Part shown: positions 18,178 to 28,485 of the stretch, in pieces
How the letters are laid out: every line of letters starts with the position of its first letter
Numbering within the stretch: position 1 is the first letter of the stretch
Assembly (NCBI GenBank): GCA_047602405.1
Contig: JASGHJ010000002.1
Location: forward strand, 2,816,001 to 2,880,000
Source of the DNA: Anaeromyxobacteraceae bacterium
GTDB lineage: Bacteria > Myxococcota > Myxococcia > Myxococcales > Anaeromyxobacteraceae
Direction of reading: 5' to 3'
DNA: 64,000 bases
Translations under genes and position numbers: made by a program
Notes under the pieces: model-generated
Seen by the model: only the letters and a program-made list of their open reading frames with translations
Database searches by the model: none
What the model was told of the DNA's origin: nothing

Positions 18178-19671
18178 CTAGTCCATCGGAGGCGGGAGGG
18201 CCACCCGGGTGATCGAGCCGGCGAGGCCGTACGCCGAGAGCCAGCGGTCCGCCTCGGCCTCCTCCCCGGGCGCGACGCAGACGCGCGCGCCGGGCCGGGC
18301 CCAGCGCGGCACGGTGGGGCCGGCGCGATCGGCGACCCCGTACAGCGCCCGCGCGTCACGCGCGGTCCAGCCCGCGTGCCAGACGGCCGGCCAGACGTTC
18401 CAGTAGGCGCCGGCGAGCGCATCGCAGCGGGCCTCGCGCACGCGCGCGGTGAGCGCGCCGGCGGTGCGGTCGAGGTCGTCCCGCACGCGGACCGGCGAAG
18501 GCGGGCCGAAGGTCCACAGCGCCCCGAGCACGGGGAGCGCCAGCGCCGCGGCCCAGGCGAGCCGCCCGGCGGCCACCCCGGCGCGCCGGGTGCGCGCGAC
18601 GGGCTCCGCGAGGAGCGAGAACGCGGCGACGTGCACGAGCACGAAGCTCGGCGCGAGGTAGCGCCAGTGGAAGCCGTTCCGGGCGACCCACCGGAGCGCG
18701 CCGGCGAGGAGCGCGTAGGCGACCGCGGCCGCGAGGAGCGCGAGCGAGCGTAGGAGGAGCCGCGGGAGCGCCGGGCGGCCCTCGCGCTCGAGCGCGAGGA
18801 GCGCGACGCCGAGCCCGGCGGCGACCGCGAGGGCGCAGGCCCAGCCCGCGCCGAGCGCCCAGGCGTCGCGGAGGAGCGTCGCCCAGGCGCGCGGCCACTC
18901 CGCGAGCGGCAGGAGGCCGGAGGCCTGCGAGGCGTCGACCTCGCGGCCGGCGAGCAGCGGGAACGCGAGCTGGCCGGCGGCGAGGCCGCAGAGGAGCAGC
19001 ACGACGTCGAGGAGCAGGCGGTCGCGGATGCCGGTGCGGTAGGGGGCCGTGCTCCCCGGGGAAGGAAGCAGCTCCTTCTCGGCCTTGTCGACGAGCGCGC
19101 GGGCGACGGCGAGCGGGAGGAGCAGGAGCCCGGCGCCGGCGTTCACCCAGTGCGCGAGGAGCACGAGGAGCGCCCCGAGCGCCACCTGCCCTCCGCCGCG
19201 GCGGCCCCGATCGCCGTGCCCCGGAGAAGCAGGCTCCGCGAGCGCGAGGCCCAGGAGCGCGACGCCCAGCGAGAGCCCGTAGGGCTGGTCGGCGAGCCAC
19301 TCGAAGAGCCACGGCGCGGGCGCGAGCGCGAGGAGCGCGCCCGCGGAGAGGAGGCCGGCGAGGCGCCAGTCGCGCTCCTGGAGCACGTGCCTCGCGAGGA
19401 GGACGACGGCGCCGAGGCTCGCGGTCGCGAGGAGCAGGCGCTGCAGGAGCAGGTTCCAGAGCGGGTCGCGCACCGGGAGCGCGAGGAGCGGCACGAGCAT
19501 GCCGTAGCGCTCCTGCTCCCAGTAGAACGGGGTCCAGCGCTGGAGCGAGACCAGCACCGGCACGAGCGCGTCGGCGTGCTGGTGCGCGTGGAGGCCGCCC
19601 GAGATCGCGCAGGCCGCCCCCGCCGCGACCGCGACGCCGGCGAGCCAGGTGCGGGGGCGGGGCCAGAGCAT
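18178..19671 (-). CDS. Multi-pass membrane protein, possibly a GT-C glycosyltransferase
   Basis: Many TM segments, HADALVPVLVSLQRWTPFYWEQERYG loop, RYLAP and YW motifs. Confidence 0.6.
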   Translation of the reverse strand: MLWPRPRTWLAGVAVAAGAACAISGGLHAHQHADALVPVLVSLQRWTPFYWEQERYGMLVPLLALPVRDPLWNLLLQRLLLATASLGAVVLLARHVLQERDWRLAGLLSAGALLALAPAPWLFEWLADQPYGLSLGVALLGLALAEPASPGHGDRGRRGGGQVALGALLVLLAHWVNAGAGLLLLPLAVARALVDKAEKELLPSPGSTAPYRTGIRDRLLLDVVLLLCGLAAGQLAFPLLAGREVDASQASGLLPLAEWPRAWATLLRDAWALGAGWACALAVAAGLGVALLALEREGRPALPRLLLRSLALLAAAVAYALLAGALRWVARNGFHWRYLAPSFVLVHVAAFSLLAEPVARTRRAGVAAGRLAWAAALALPVLGALWTFGPPSPVRVRDDLDRTAGALTARVREARCDALAGAYWNVWPAVWHAGWTARDARALYGVADRAGPTVPRWARPGARVCVAPGEEAEADRWLSAYGLAGSITRVALPPPMD

Positions 19672-19679
19672 TGCGGTCC

Positions 19680-19723
19680 GCCTCTCGTCTCCGCCGCCGC
19701 TGCGCGGCGGCTACGCTCGAGGC
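19680..19723 (-). repeat. REP-like element, family 1
   Basis: Reverse complement reads GAGCGTAG-CCGCCGC-GCA-GCGGCGG-CGGAGACGAG. Confidence 0.75.
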
Positions 19724-19762
19724 GAACGGGGTGGAGGTTCCGCCCGCTCCCGTCCCTCCAAG

Positions 19763-20473
19763 CTACTTCCCCTGCTCCATCCGGAGCTTCGCCTCGGCCG
19801 CCAGCGCGCGGACGGAGAAGCCCGGCGTCTGGCTGGCCTCGTCGGTCGCGTTCTCGGGGAACGGGCGCGCGGCGGCGCGGAGCTTCTCGAGCTGCTCGGG
19901 CGCGAGCTCGGACGGCCGGCGGAGCCACGGGTCGTAGTGGTACGAGACCGGCGGCCCGCGCAGGAGGCGGTGCTCGTCCCAGATTTGCGCGGCCCGGCTG
20001 TAGGACGGCGGCGTGTGCTCGCCGGAGTCCATCCGGATGGCGTCCTTCGGGCACGCCTCGACGCAGAAGCCGCAGACCACGCAGCGGAGCTCGTCGATGA
20101 CGAACTTCACCGGGTACTTCTCGATGGGGTCGTCCGGCAGCTCGCCCGCCTCGATGTAGATGCACTGGGCCGGGCAGGCCGTCGCGCACATGTAGCAGGC
20201 GACGCAGCGCGGGTTGCCGTCCTCGCGCGGCACGAGCCGGTGCAGGCCGCGGTAGCCGGGCGGGTACGGCGTCCGCTCCTCCGGGTACTGCACGGTCATG
20301 TTGTCCGAGTACCCGAACCCGCGCGGGCGCTCGAGCACGTCGGGGTTGCGGTCGCGCGCGAAGAACAGGTTGCGGAAGAAGTGCTTCGCGACCTGGCCGA
20401 TGCCCCGGACGATCTCCGGGAAGTACATCGACTCGCGCAGGTCGGGCGGACGGTTGTCGAGCTGGTACGGCAT
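19763..20473 (-). CDS. nuoI: NADH-quinone oxidoreductase subunit I (operon 1)
   Basis: TVQYPEE and two CxxCxxCxxxCP motifs. Confidence 0.95.
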   Translation of the reverse strand: MPYQLDNRPPDLRESMYFPEIVRGIGQVAKHFFRNLFFARDRNPDVLERPRGFGYSDNMTVQYPEERTPYPPGYRGLHRLVPREDGNPRCVACYMCATACPAQCIYIEAGELPDDPIEKYPVKFVIDELRCVVCGFCVEACPKDAIRMDSGEHTPPSYSRAAQIWDEHRLLRGPPVSYHYDPWLRRPSELAPEQLEKLRAAARPFPENATDEASQTPGFSVRALAAEAKLRMEQGK

Positions 20474-20477
20474 GGGT

Positions 20478-21914
20478 CTAGTGCCCCCCCGCGGCGGCGG
20501 CCGGCGCGTGGCCGTGGTCGTCCTTCGCGCCGTGCGCCCCGTGCCCGTGACCGCGCGCGGCGGTCTCCGGCCGGTGGCCCACGGCGGCGGTGACGATGGC
20601 GATGACGACGATGGTGCCGAACCCGAGCCACGCGAGCGGCCGGAGGTCCTCGGGGTCGAGCGCCGGCGTCCCGTCGTAGGACAGGAGCGCGATGGCCGCC
20701 GTGACGAAGACGTTCACGAGCGCGGCGGGCAGCAGGATCTTCCAGCAGAGCTTCTGGATCTGGTCGTACCGGAAGCGCGGCAGGAGCCAGCGGATCGTGA
20801 TCTGCAGCCACATCATCACGATCATCTTCACGAGGAAGGCGCCGGCGCAGATGGCCCCGAACCAGAGCGGCGACACCTGCGCGCGCAGCCAGTCGGGCGA
20901 GACGAACGGGTGCCACCCGCCGAGGAACACGGCGGTGACCGTCGCCGAGAGCACCACGATCTCGACGAACTCGGCGAGGAACATGAGGCCGAACTTCATG
21001 CCCGAGTACTCGATGAAGTACCCGACGATCTCCGACTCGCCCTCGGGGAGGTCGAACGGCGCGCGCTTCGTCTCGGCGAAGGCGGACGCGAAGAAGATGA
21101 GGAAGCCCACCGGCTGCAGGAGGATGCCCCAGGCCGGGATGCCGCCGATGACCGGGACCGCCTGCGCCACGGCCATCTCGTCGAGGCGGAGCGTCCGGAA
21201 CGCGATCATCGAGCCGACGAGCGCGAGGCCGAGCGAGACCTCGTAGGAGATCATCTGCGAGGAGGCGCGGACGCCGCCGAGGAGCGCGAGCTTGTTGTTC
21301 GAGGACCAGCCCGCGAGCGAGGTGCCGTAGACCTGCAGGGACGCGAGGGCGAAGAGGTAGATGAGGCCCGCGTCGATGGAGGCGACCTGCAGCGGGACGT
21401 CGATGGCGCCCTGCGCGCCGCCCCAGAGGGAGGCGAGCGGGAGCGCCGGGCCCACCGGGATGATCGCGAAGAGCGCGAACACCGGGGCGAACGCGAGGAT
21501 CGGGCCGAGCTCGTAGAGGATCCGGGTGAGGCCCTGCGGCTCGACGCGCTCCTTCGTGAGCATCTTGAGCGCGTCGGCGACGAGGAACGGGATGCCGCCG
21601 AGCGCCGAGCCGAAGACCTTGATGCGGTTCGCGCCGATGCGGTTCTGCAGGAGCGCGGACCACTTGCGCTCCGCCACCGTCAGGAGCGAGCCCGAGATCA
21701 TCATCGCCACGAGCATCAGGAAGACGACGTTCGAGATCGACGAGCCGTAGTAGACGAGCACCGGGTCGATGCCCGTCTCGCCGGTGAAGAAGTGCACGGC
21801 GTTGTTGAGCCCCACGCCGAGCGCGCCCGCGGAGAGGTAGGCGAGCGCGCCGAAGCCGACGAGCAGCCCCACCAGCACGAGCAGCATCACCACCATGCCG
21901 AAGAAGCGGTTCAC
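20478..21914 (-). CDS. nuoH: NADH-quinone oxidoreductase subunit H (operon 1)
   Basis: ERK...[35 protein letters not shown]. His-rich tail. Confidence 0.95.
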   Translation of the reverse strand: MNRFFGMVVMLLVLVGLLVGFGALAYLSAGALGVGLNNAVHFFTGETGIDPVLVYYGSSISNVVFLMLVAMMISGSLLTVAERKWSALLQNRIGANRIKVFGSALGGIPFLVADALKMLTKERVEPQGLTRILYELGPILAFAPVFALFAIIPVGPALPLASLWGGAQGAIDVPLQVASIDAGLIYLFALASLQVYGTSLAGWSSNNKLALLGGVRASSQMISYEVSLGLALVGSMIAFRTLRLDEMAVAQAVPVIGGIPAWGILLQPVGFLIFFASAFAETKRAPFDLPEGESEIVGYFIEYSGMKFGLMFLAEFVEIVVLSATVTAVFLGGWHPFVSPDWLRAQVSPLWFGAICAGAFLVKMIVMMWLQITIRWLLPRFRYDQIQKLCWKILLPAALVNVFVTAAIALLSYDGTPALDPEDLRPLAWLGFGTIVVIAIVTAAVGHRPETAARGHGHGAHGAKDDHGHAPAAAAGGH

Positions 21915-23701
21915 GGCGTCTCCCCTCCGGCACGCGAGGAACTCAGCACCGGCAGCGTCTTGCGGTAGTCCTCGGTGATGCCCGGGTCGGTGCGGTCGCG
22001 GTAGCCGGGCAGGCGCCCGTCGACCGTGCCGGCCGCGAGCGGGACGATGCCCGGGCGCTTCGCGATCGACGGCATCGCGTCGAAGGCGTAGTCGCCGAGC
22101 GCGCCCCCGAGGCGCGGCGCGAGGGCGAGGTGGGCCTCGCGGGCGTTCTGGAACGCGAGCTTCGCCTGGCCGAGCGCGCGCCCGACCGCGGCGGCGAGCC
22201 ACCAGTGCGGCCTCGAGTCGCCGGCCGGCCAGTACGCCATCTCGAAGCGCTGGGCCCTCCCCTCGAAGTTGACGAACGTGCCGTCGGACTCCGCGGCGGT
22301 GGCCGCGGGGAGGAGCAGCGTCGCCTGGTGCGCGAGCGGCGCCTCGCCGAAGGCCTGCACCACCAGCACCTCGGCCCTGCCGAGGCGCGCCGCGAGGGCG
22401 GCGTCCGGCAGCTCCGCGCCGACCGCCCAGATCGCCTTCACCTTCCCGGCCTCGACGAGCCCGGCGAGGTCGGCGGCCGGGCGGACCGCGAGGCCGAGCG
22501 CCTGCGCGACGAGCTCGAGGCCCTTGCGGTTCGGGTTCTCGTCGGCCTTCTTGAGGAACGCGTCCTCGCGGCCGTCGGGGCGGCCGCCCACGAAGACCTC
22601 GCGCACGCCGAGCGCGTCCTTCGCGACGACCGCGGCCGCGAGGAGGTCCTCGACCGAGCCGACCGGCGAGAGGAGCACGCCGAGCACGCCGGCCTTCGCG
22701 GCCGTCGCGAGCTGCCCGGCCGCCTTCGCGATCGCGCCGTCGAGCGCGAGCGTCTGCGCGGCTGCGCCGCGGCCCTCCTTCGCGAGGCGGGCCCGGCCGT
22801 TGTTCAGGTACTTGTACGAGAGCCGGCCGTCGTCACACATCCACTCCTGGTTCACGGCCTCGTTCTCGCGGGGCCGGTACCGGTAGGTGACGCCGTCGTG
22901 GTAGTCGAGGAACGTGTTGCACCCGCGCGAGCAGCCGGTGCAGACCGAGCGCGCCGAGCTCATGAACCAGACCCGGCCGCGGAAGCGGAAGTCGGTCGAG
23001 GTGAGCGCGCCGACCGGGCAGATGTCGACCACGTTGCCGGCGTACTTCGAGTCGAGCGGCTGGCCGGGGAAGGTCGTGATCGCGCTCCTGTTGCCGCGGT
23101 TCTCGACGCCGAGCTGCGGCTCCTTCGCGACCTCGCGCATGAAGCGGACGCAGCGGGTGCAGAGGATGCAGCGCTCCTCGTCGAGCGTGACGAGGGGCCC
23201 GAGCTTCACCCGCTTGTTCTTCTGGACCTTCGGGACGTCCAGCCGGGAGGGCTGGCGGTCGAAGGTCATGTAGTAGTCCTGCAGCTTGCACTCGCCGGAC
23301 TGGTCGCAGATCGGGCAGTCGACCGGGTGGTTCAGGAGGAGGAACTCGAGCGTCGCGCGCTGCTGGTCCTTCACGCGCGGCGTGTCGGTCTTCACCACCA
23401 CGTTCTCGGCGAGCGTCGCCTGGCAGGACGGCTGGAGCTTGCCACCCGGCGAGTTCGACATCTCGACGAGGCACATCCGGCAGTTGGCCGCGATGCTGAG
23501 GCGCTTGTGGTAGCAGTAGTACGGGATGTCGATCCCGAGCCCCTTCGCCGCCTCGATGACGGTCGTGCCGGGCTTCACCACCACCTCGCGCCCGTCGATC
23601 GTCGCCGTCACGAACCCCGGGTTCTTCGGGGGCGGCGGCGCGGGGGGCCCCGCGGGCTTCGGCGGGGGCGGCGCAGGGGCGGGCTTGTTCTCTTCGGCCA
23701 T
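21911..23701 (-). CDS. nuoG: NADH-quinone oxidoreductase subunit G
   Basis: IPYYCYH...CRMCLVE, HPVDCPICDQSGECKLQD, CILCTRCVRF, CTGCSRGC. Confidence 0.95.
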   Translation of the reverse strand: MAEENKPAPAPPPPKPAGPPAPPPPKNPGFVTATIDGREVVVKPGTTVIEAAKGLGIDIPYYCYHKRLSIAANCRMCLVEMSNSPGGKLQPSCQATLAENVVVKTDTPRVKDQQRATLEFLLLNHPVDCPICDQSGECKLQDYYMTFDRQPSRLDVPKVQKNKRVKLGPLVTLDEERCILCTRCVRFMREVAKEPQLGVENRGNRSAITTFPGQPLDSKYAGNVVDICPVGALTSTDFRFRGRVWFMSSARSVCTGCSRGCNTFLDYHDGVTYRYRPRENEAVNQEWMCDDGRLSYKYLNNGRARLAKEGRGAAAQTLALDGAIAKAAGQLATAAKAGVLGVLLSPVGSVEDLLAAAVVAKDALGVREVFVGGRPDGREDAFLKKADENPNRKGLELVAQALGLAVRPAADLAGLVEAGKVKAIWAVGAELPDAALAARLGRAEVLVVQAFGEAPLAHQATLLLPAATAAESDGTFVNFEGRAQRFEMAYWPAGDSRPHWWLAAAVGRALGQAKLAFQNAREAHLALAPRLGGALGDYAFDAMPSIAKRPGIVPLAAGTVDGRLPGYRDRTDPGITEDYRKTLPVLSSSRAGGETP

Positions 23702-23731
23702 GGTCGTTCTCGGGGGGGTGACCGGGGGCGG

Positions 23732-25036
23732 CTACTGCTCGACCTCGCCGCCGATCATGTTGATGCTGTCGAAGGTGGGGACGAGGTCGGAGAGCAGGTG
23801 CCCCTTCGTCATGTGGGGCAGCGCCGCCAGCATCGGCCAGCCCGGCGCGCGCAGGCCGAGCTTGTACGGCCGGCCGCCGCCGTCGGACACGACGTAGAAG
23901 CCGAGCTCGCCGTTCGCCGCCTCGGTGTACCCGTAGGCCTCGCCGGCGGGGACCTTGATCCCCTCCATCACGAGCTTGAAGTGCGCCATCGCGCCCTCGA
24001 TCGTCCCGTAGACGAGCGGCTTCGGCGGGAGCGCGTAGCGGAAGTCCTTCACGATGATGTCGCCGGGGCCCATCTGCTGGAACGCCTGGCGGACGATCCG
24101 GTCGGACTGGCGCATCTCCTCGATCCGCATGAGGTAGCGGTCGAAGTTGTCGCCGTTCGAGCCGACCGGGACGTCGAAGTCGAACCGGTCGTAGAGCATG
24201 TACGGCTGCGCCTTGCGGAGGTCCCACGGCTCGCCGGAGGCGCGCAGGCATGGGCCGGTGAAGCCGAGGTCGATCGCGTCCTCGCGGGTCACGACCCCGG
24301 TGTGGCGGGTGCGGTCGAGGAAGATGCGGTTGCGGGTGAGCAGCCCGTCGATCTCGTCGCGGAGCAGCGTCACGCGGTCGAGCGTGCGGGTGGTCTTCTC
24401 GATCCAGCCCTCCGGCACGTCGCGCGCGACGCCGCCGATGCGGGCGTAGTTCGAGGTGAGCCGCGCGCCGCACAGCTCGGCGAGGCGGTCCCACAGCATG
24501 TCGCGCGCCTCGATGCCGTAGAGGAACACGGTCATCGCGCCGAGCTCCATGCCCATGGCGCCGACCAGCGTGAGGTGGTCGCAGATGCGGTGGATCTCGG
24601 AGGTGATGGTGCGCAGGTACGTCGCGCGCTCGGGCACCTCGAGCTTGCAGAGCTTCTCGACGGCGAGCGCGAACCCGACGTTGTTCATGATCGAGCTGAC
24701 GTAGTTCAGCCGATCCGTGTACGGGAAGCACTGCGTCCAGGTCACGTTCTCGCAGCTCTTCTCGAACCCCCGGTGCAGGAAGCCGATGTCGAGCTTCATG
24801 TCGGTGATGATCTCGCCGTCGAGCTCCACCACCGCGCGCGTGACGCCGTGCATGGCGGGGTGGGACGGGCCGAGGTTCACCACCATCCGCTTCGAGTCGA
24901 GCGGGGCGTCGAGCTCCGAGGGGGCGCGCGCCGCGCGCTCCTTGCCGAGGGCCGGCGCGGGCACGCCGGAGCCGCCGCTGCCGGGGGTCTCCCGCGTGTC
25001 CTCGCCCGCCCTTCCGTGTGGGGTCTCGGTGTCCAT
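23732..25036 (-). CDS. nuoD: NADH-quinone oxidoreductase subunit D (operon 1)
   Basis: NLGPSHPAMHG, GFLHRGFEK, DRLNY, GELG. Confidence 0.95.
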   Translation of the reverse strand: MDTETPHGRAGEDTRETPGSGGSGVPAPALGKERAARAPSELDAPLDSKRMVVNLGPSHPAMHGVTRAVVELDGEIITDMKLDIGFLHRGFEKSCENVTWTQCFPYTDRLNYVSSIMNNVGFALAVEKLCKLEVPERATYLRTITSEIHRICDHLTLVGAMGMELGAMTVFLYGIEARDMLWDRLAELCGARLTSNYARIGGVARDVPEGWIEKTTRTLDRVTLLRDEIDGLLTRNRIFLDRTRHTGVVTREDAIDLGFTGPCLRASGEPWDLRKAQPYMLYDRFDFDVPVGSNGDNFDRYLMRIEEMRQSDRIVRQAFQQMGPGDIIVKDFRYALPPKPLVYGTIEGAMAHFKLVMEGIKVPAGEAYGYTEAANGELGFYVVSDGGGRPYKLGLRAPGWPMLAALPHMTKGHLLSDLVPTFDSINMIGGEVEQ

Positions 25037-25045
25037 GGGGGGTCC

Positions 25046-25570
25046 CTAGTCGCGCCCGGCGGGGCCGGGGCCGCGGAAGATGTCGTCGACCTGGCGCTCG
25101 GGCACGAGCGGCTGGCGCGCCTTCAGCGGGTAATCCTTCCTCAGCGGGTGCCCGACGAACTCGTCGTACATGAGCAGGCGCCGCGGGTCGGGGTGGTTCT
25201 CGAACCGGATGCCGTACATGTCGAGGCAGTACCGCTCGAACCAGTCCACGCCGCGCCAGACCGGGGTGACGGTCGGGACCACGCAGTCGGCCTCGGACAC
25301 CTTCACCCTCAGGCGCACGCGCTGGTTCGTGCGGGTGGAGACGAGGTTGTAGACCACCTCGAAGCGCGGGTCCTTGCCGAGGTAGTCGACCGCCGTGATG
25401 TACGGCGCGAGGTTCATCTGCAGCCTCGGGTCGTCCTTCAGGAACCGGCAGACCTCGAGGATGCGCTCCTTCTTCACGAACGCGCAGTCGTCGCCGCCGA
25501 CGCCCTCGTAGGTGTCGTACACGGCGTCCGGGAAGCGCTCGACGAGCGCGGCGATGGCGGCCTTGGACAT
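25046..25570 (-). CDS. nuoC: NADH-quinone oxidoreductase subunit C (operon 1)
   Basis: [25 protein letters not shown]. Confidence 0.95.
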   Translation of the reverse strand: MSKAAIAALVERFPDAVYDTYEGVGGDDCAFVKKERILEVCRFLKDDPRLQMNLAPYITAVDYLGKDPRFEVVYNLVSTRTNQRVRLRVKVSEADCVVPTVTPVWRGVDWFERYCLDMYGIRFENHPDPRRLLMYDEFVGHPLRKDYPLKARQPLVPERQVDDIFRGPGPAGRD

Positions 25571-25580
25571 GGGGCCTTCC

Positions 25581-26132
25581 TCAGCGCGTCCCCGGCTCGC
25601 CGCCGAGGGTGGGCAGGGGCTTGCGGTCGATGACCTTGTGGTGCTGGTCCTGGATCTTCTTCTGCAGGAGCATGATGCCGTCGAGCACCTGCTCCGGCCG
25701 CGGCGGGCAGCCCGGGATGTACACGTCCACCGGGACGATCCGGTCGATGCCCTGCACCGTGGCGTAGTTGTCGTAGAAGCCGCCCGACGACGCGCACACG
25801 CCGAACGCGATGACCCACTTCGGATCGGCCATCTGCTCGTAGATGCGGCGGAGGATCGGCGCCTGCTTCACGTTCACCGTGCCGACGACCATGAGCAGGT
25901 CGGCCTGCCGGGGCGAGAAGCGAGGAAGCGCCGCGCCGAACCGGTCGACGTCGTACCGGGCCGAGGCGACGGTCATGTACTCCATGCCGCAGCAGGCGGT
26001 GACGAAGGGGTACTGGAAGAGCGAGTACTTGCGCGCCCAGCCCAGGCCCTTCGAGACGAGGTTCTGGAGGAAGCCCTGGGCCTCCTCTCGCCGGGTGGTG
26101 ATCGCGGGGACGGCTTCGAGGTCGGTGGACAT
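25581..26132 (-). CDS. nuoB: NADH-quinone oxidoreductase subunit B (operon 1)
   Basis: [26 protein letters not shown]. Confidence 0.95.
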   Translation of the reverse strand: MSTDLEAVPAITTRREEAQGFLQNLVSKGLGWARKYSLFQYPFVTACCGMEYMTVASARYDVDRFGAALPRFSPRQADLLMVVGTVNVKQAPILRRIYEQMADPKWVIAFGVCASSGGFYDNYATVQGIDRIVPVDVYIPGCPPRPEQVLDGIMLLQKKIQDQHHKVIDRKPLPTLGGEPGTR

Positions 26133-26152
26133 CGCGGTTCCTATCTAACGGC

Positions 26153-26536
26153 CTAATCCGCCCAGTCGAGGACGCCCTTCTTCCACACGTAGACGAGGCC
26201 GGCGACGAGGGTGAAGACGAAGATCCCCATCGACACGAACCCGGGCCAGCCGAGGCCGGGGTAGCCCTCGCTCGGCAGGAGGAGCACGGCCCACGGGTAG
26301 AGGAAGATCGCCTCGATGTCGAAGACGATGAAGAGCAGCGCCACCACGTAGAACTTCACGCCGAACCGCTCGCGGGACGAGCCGACCGGCACGGAGCCGC
26401 ACTCGAACGGCATCTGCTTAACCGCGCTCGGGCGCCGCGGACCGAGGGTGTTCGCGAGGCCGACCATCAGCGCGGCGATTCCGATGGCCACCAACAGGAC
26501 GATGCCGATGGGGAAATAGGTCTGGAGGGCGGTCAT
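26153..26536 (-). CDS. nuoA: NADH-quinone oxidoreductase subunit A (operon 1)
   Basis: PFECG, FIVFDIE, WKKGVLDW. Confidence 0.95.
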   Translation of the reverse strand: MTALQTYFPIGIVLLVAIGIAALMVGLANTLGPRRPSAVKQMPFECGSVPVGSSRERFGVKFYVVALLFIVFDIEAIFLYPWAVLLLPSEGYPGLGWPGFVSMGIFVFTLVAGLVYVWKKGVLDWAD

Positions 26537-26584
26537 GGGCGCTGGGGGGACAGCTTGCCACGGTGCCTGTGTGAGGGCGTCCTC

Positions 26585-26744
26585 CAAATGCCGGTGATGA
26601 CTCGGCTTGTCAACGCTTTTCCCGGACGGAAGGACCGCCCGCCCCACCCGCACCGCAGGTCAGCAATTCCCTGCGACCGGTCACCACGGGATGCGGTGCG
26701 GCGCCGCAGGTGCCCCTTGACTTCGGGGTCCCCTTCTGTATGCT
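26585..26744. promoter_or_regulatory. Divergent promoter region for the two nuo operons
   Basis: Plus strand: TTGACT (26717-22), 16-bp spacer, TATGCT (26739-44). Minus strand: TTGACA (26613-08) with only a weak -10. Confidence 0.5.
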
Positions 26745-26812
26745 GCGCCCCCGAAAACCTAATCCTGTCGCCTGGATAGCCACGCCCCACCCGCCGAAGT
26801 ACGGAGGAACCC

Positions 26813-27286
26813 GTGGGCTTCGAGTTCGGCGCAGTACTGGTCTTTGCGGTCGTCGCGGTCGGTTTCGCCCTCGGCGGAATCACCCTGTCGCGCCTGGTGG
26901 GTCCGAAGTTCCCATCGGCGGACAAGGCGAGCGTCTACGAGTGCGGCGAGCGGCCCATCGGGACCGCCTGGTTCAACTTCAACCCGCGCTTCTACCTCGT
27001 GGCCCTGGTGTTCGTGGTCTTCGAGGTCGAGATCGCGCTCACCTTCCCGGTGGTGGTCGTCTACCGGGCCTGGGTGAACGCCGGGGCCTCCTTCGCCTGG
27101 GTGGCCTTCCTCGAGATCCTGGTCTTCACGGTCATCCTGATCGTCGGCCTCGCGTGGGCCTGGGCCCACGGCGACCTCGACTGGGTGAAGGAGCTGCGGA
27201 CCACGGACGCACGCCCCGCCGCCCCGACCGGCCCCGAGACCGCCGTGAACCCCGAGTCCCACCCGCAGAAGAAGGTGGCGGCCTAA
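26813..27286 (+). CDS. nuoA: NADH-quinone oxidoreductase subunit A (operon 2)
   Basis: YECGE, FVVFEVE, GDLDW. GGAGG RBS. Confidence 0.95.
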   Translation: MGFEFGAVLVFAVVAVGFALGGITLSRLVGPKFPSADKASVYECGERPIGTAWFNFNPRFYLVALVFVVFEVEIALTFPVVVVYRAWVNAGASFAWVAFLEILVFTVILIVGLAWAWAHGDLDWVKELRTTDARPAAPTGPETAVNPESHPQKKVAA

Positions 27287-27308
27287 GGCCGCCGCCGGGG
27301 GAACCCCC

Positions 27309-27827
27309 GTGCCCCAGAACTACGCACCCTCGGCCGGCGGAGAGGTCACCCTCTTCCACACGAGCCAGCTCGACCACCTCATCAACATGGCCCGCGAGAG
27401 CTCGCTCTGGTACCTGCTCTTCGGCCTCGCCTGCTGCGGCATCGAGCTCATCCAGACCGGCGGCCCGCGCGCCGACCTCATGCGCTTCGGCGCGATCCCG
27501 CGCGCGAGCCCGCGCCAGGCCGACTTCATGATCGTGGCCGGCACGCTCACCTACAAGATGGCCGAGCGGGCGAAGCTGCTCTACGAGCAGATGAGCGAGC
27601 CGAAGTACGTGATCTCGATGGGCTCGTGCTCGAACTGCGGCGGCCTCTTCCAGCAGTCGTACTCGGTGTGCAAGGGCGTCGACAAGATGTTCCCCGTCGA
27701 CGTCTACGTCCCCGGCTGCCCGCCGCGCCCCGAGGCGCTCACCGAGGGGCTCATCCGGCTGCAGGAGATCGTCCGCCAGGAGCGCTGGTCGCTGAAGCGC
27801 CGGCCCATCCGCCAGGGCGCCCGGTAG
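27309..27827 (+). CDS. nuoB: NADH-quinone oxidoreductase subunit B (operon 2)
   Basis: [22 protein letters not shown]. Confidence 0.95.
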   Translation: MPQNYAPSAGGEVTLFHTSQLDHLINMARESSLWYLLFGLACCGIELIQTGGPRADLMRFGAIPRASPRQADFMIVAGTLTYKMAERAKLLYEQMSEPKYVISMGSCSNCGGLFQQSYSVCKGVDKMFPVDVYVPGCPPRPEALTEGLIRLQEIVRQERWSLKRRPIRQGAR

Positions 27828-27862
27828 TCCCCTCGCCCGCCAGGCCCACGGAGAACGCCGCG

Positions 27863-28483
27863 ATGACGCCCCAGGAGATCCAGGCCGCGCTCGCCGGGAA
27901 GTTCGGCGAGGCCGTCGGCCCGATGGCCGAGACGAAGCGGGACCCCTTCTTCACGGTGAGGAAGGACGCGATCGTCGAGGTCTGCCGCTTCGCGAAGGAG
28001 GACCCCGCGCTGGCGATGGACTGCCTCGAGGACCTCACCGCCCTCGACTGGCCGGCGAGGAAGGTCATCGAGGTGGTGCTGCACCTCTGGTCCTTCCGCC
28101 ACCGCCACGGCGCGTGCGTGAAGGTGGAGCTGCCCCGCGACGCGCCGGCCGTGCACTCGCTCACCGGCGTGTGGCGCGCGGCCGACTGGTTCGAGCGCGA
28201 GGTGCTCGACCTCTTCGGCGTGACGTTCGAGGGGCACCCGGACCCGCGGCGGATCATGCTGCCCGACGACTGGGAGGGCCACCCGCTCAGGAAGGACTAC
28301 GTCGAGACGGGCGGCTGGCACGGCATCTCCAACGAGCGCGAGAACCCGCTCGTGGAGCTCCGCCGGCTCGACGAGGTGAAGCGGGCGGAGCTGAAGGCGG
28401 CTGCGGTGAACGTGGCCGCTCATCCTGAGCGTAGCGCCGGCGCAGCCGGCGCGGAGTCGAAGGACGCCCCGGAGGGCACCTAG
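27863..28483 (+). CDS. nuoC: NADH-quinone oxidoreductase subunit C (operon 2)
   Basis: [33 protein letters not shown]-derived tail. Confidence 0.95.
   Translation: MTPQEIQAALAGKFGEAVGPMAETKRDPFFTVRKDAIVEVCRFAKEDPALAMDCLEDLTALDWPARKVIEVVLHLWSFRHRHGACVKVELPRDAPAVHSLTGVWRAADWFEREVLDLFGVTFEGHPDPRRIMLPDDWEGHPLRKDYVETGGWHGISNERENPLVELRRLDEVKRAELKAAAVNVAAHPERSAGAAGAESKDAPEGT
28421..28466 (+). repeat. Family 1 REP-like element inside the nuoC 3' end
   Basis: GAGCGTAG-CGCCGGC-GCA-GCCGGCG-CGGAGTCGAAGG. Confidence 0.75.
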
Positions 28484-28485
28484 CC

